A DNA stretch of 64,000 nt from Raja brachyura (Eukaryota): assembly GCA_963514005.1 (NCBI GenBank), contig OY740808.1:14570001-14634000 (forward strand), written 5' to 3'. A model generated the notes under the pieces. That model did no database searches. It saw only the letters and a list, made by a program, of their open reading frames with translations, and had not been told where the DNA came from. Of this stretch, positions 62,260-64,000 are shown piece after piece. Numbering within the stretch: the stretch's first letter is position 1; every line of letters starts with the position of its first letter. Both the position numbers and the translations under genes were made by a program.

Positions 62260-63000
62260 GAAATGAGATGTGACTTTGTGGAAACAAATTCCTTGTTCCT
62301 GACACATCTGGCAGCGGGAGTGATGTTCCCACTGGTTGAATTGGAATCCTCTAGAACAGGAAGCCACGGTCTCAAAATGGGGGGAGGGCAGCCATTCAGA
62401 ACAGAGAGGAGGAGAAGTCTTCGGAATCATCTCCTTAAGAGAGGTTCTATCACTAGATGGCGAGGGAAGCAAAATATACATGGTTACATGAGGAAAATGA
62501 TCAGCGAGAATCTTATTGTATAGTGAGTAGGCACAATGGGCCAAATGGCCTGACCCTGCTTCTTATATTTGTATATAGGTAGGATTCCGTATTCTTGTAT
62601 ACAAGATCGTATTCACCGTAATTTAGAGGAATGAGAGGGGATCTTATAGAAACATATCAAATTATACAAGGACAAGCTAGATGCAGGAAAAATGGTCCCA
62701 ATGTTGGGGGAGTCCAGAACCAGGGGCCATAGTTTAAGAATAAAGGGGAGGCCATTTTAAACTGAGATGAGAAAAAAACCTTTTCACCCAGAGAGTTGTG
62801 ATATTTTGGAATTCTCTGCCACAGAAGGCAGTGGAGGCCAATTCACTGGATGAATTTAAAAGAGAGTAAGATAGACTTCTTGGGGCTAGCGGAATCAGGG
62901 CTTATGGAGAGAAAGCAGACACGGGTTATTGATTGTGGATGATCAGCCATGATCACAATGAATGGCGGTGCTGGCCTCCTCCTGCACCTATTTTCTATGA
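62260..63000 (+). mobile_element. Two CR1 3' fragments
   Basis: ESSRTGSHGLK / GESRTRGHSLRIKGRP motifs and tails. Confidence 0.8.
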
Positions 63001-63009
63001 TTCAGATAT

Positions 63010-64000
63010 GCAAGTTGGTTCACTCATCCTTCCCCACCAAAATCATCTACTCCCCAGGTACTTTGCCCAGCACCACAGGAGATGTAACACCTGTACCTAT
63101 ATCTCCTCTCTCACCTCCATCAGGGACCCCAGCAGTCCTTCCAGGCAAGGTTGCCAACTGTCCTGTATTAGCCGAGATAACCCATATATTGGGATAAGTG
63201 TGTTTGTCCCATACGGGACCGCCCTTGTCCCATATTTGACTGCTACTACTCTGGTCGAGGGGACTGTCGGGTCAGAATGCCGCATCCGGCCCCGCCTCAC
63301 CCGTCCCGATGTAGTGCAGCCCATGGAGTGCAGCAGCAGCAGCGCCTCGCCCGTGGCCCCGTCGCTCGGCGGCCCGGCCAGCTGTCCGACCTTCGGACCT
63401 TCGCTTACCGCAGACACCATCACCGCCCCTCCTTCTCATGGCCGATCATCGGTTCATGAGTTGGACGGGGTGCCGGATTTTGTGCACGACGTCGCGCGCC
63501 GGGGCCAAAACTCCTCAGCTGGCCCGCCGGCTGGGCTTTGTGTCCATTCCAGCACCCGGGCCAACTCATCATTCACCCAGCCATGGCCGAGTCGGTCAAC
63601 GAATTGCCGTCGGGAATTTGTCCCTTATTTTGACCTTTTGTCCCTTATTTGGGAGTGAGAAAGTTGGCAAGTTCACGTGCACCTCCTCAAACCTTATCTA
63701 CAGCATTCAGTGTTCCTGGTGTGGCCTCCTGCACATCAGTGAGACCAAGCGCAGACTTGTTGACCATTTCACTGAAAACTTGCATTCGGTCCGTCAAGGC
63801 CTATTGAACCATCCGGTTGCTAACCATTTAAACTGCTCTTCCCATTCCCATACTGACCTTTCTGGCTTCCTCCATTGCCAGAGTGAGACCACACACAAAC
63901 TGGAGAAACAGCACCTCATATTCCGCTTGGGCAGCTTACAACCCAACGGTGTCAACATTGAATTCTCCAATTTTAGGTAACTACGAACCTCCCCTTCCCA
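63010..64000 (+). mobile_element. Penelope-like element GIY-YIG endonuclease region, interrupted by a DNA element
   Basis: FTCTSSNLIYSIQCSWCGLLHISETKRRLVDHFTENL..PVANHLN..LEKQHLIFRLGSLQPNGVNIEF. Confidence 0.85.
63146..63670. mobile_element. hAT-like non-autonomous element with CpG-rich core
   Basis: CAAGGTTGCCAACT ... AGTTGGCAA termini; subterminal TGTCCC(A/T)TA repeats at both ends. Confidence 0.7.

Noticed and set aside
62933-63980. 241-aa and 180-aa plus-strand ORFs
   Set aside because: Chimeric read-through of CR1, hAT-like and Penelope fragments

Overview
Vertebrate genomic DNA, most likely a cartilaginous fish (skate/ray), inferred from dense HE1-type V-SINEs, CR1 tails and Penelope-derived repeats. 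It holds two partial protein-coding genes, both on the minus strand. (1) The 5' part of a PRR14L-like gene: CpG-island promoter and non-coding first exon at ~34.7-35.1 kb, and coding exons 17681-18298, 10675-10721, 7399-7466 and a 3.26-kb exon at 1944-5205. Splice phases join in one open frame and the gene continues off the left edge. (2) The 3' half of a Na+/glucose cotransporter, SLC5A1/SGLT1: eight exons from 61637 down to the stop at 50306. The rest is intronic or intergenic and TE-rich. Notable items are a nearly full-length Passport-family Tc1 transposon (horizontal-transfer candidate), a teleost-like L2 LINE, several probably unclassified non-autonomous DNA elements (one with a hairpin whose loop is a copy of its own terminal repeat), and Penelope-derived fold-back elements carrying degenerate minimal hammerhead-ribozyme cores. 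DEPDC5/YWHAH, which lie between these genes in human, are not seen. Comparisons to known proteins are from memory, not database searches, and repeat boundaries are approximate unless TIR/TSD are given.
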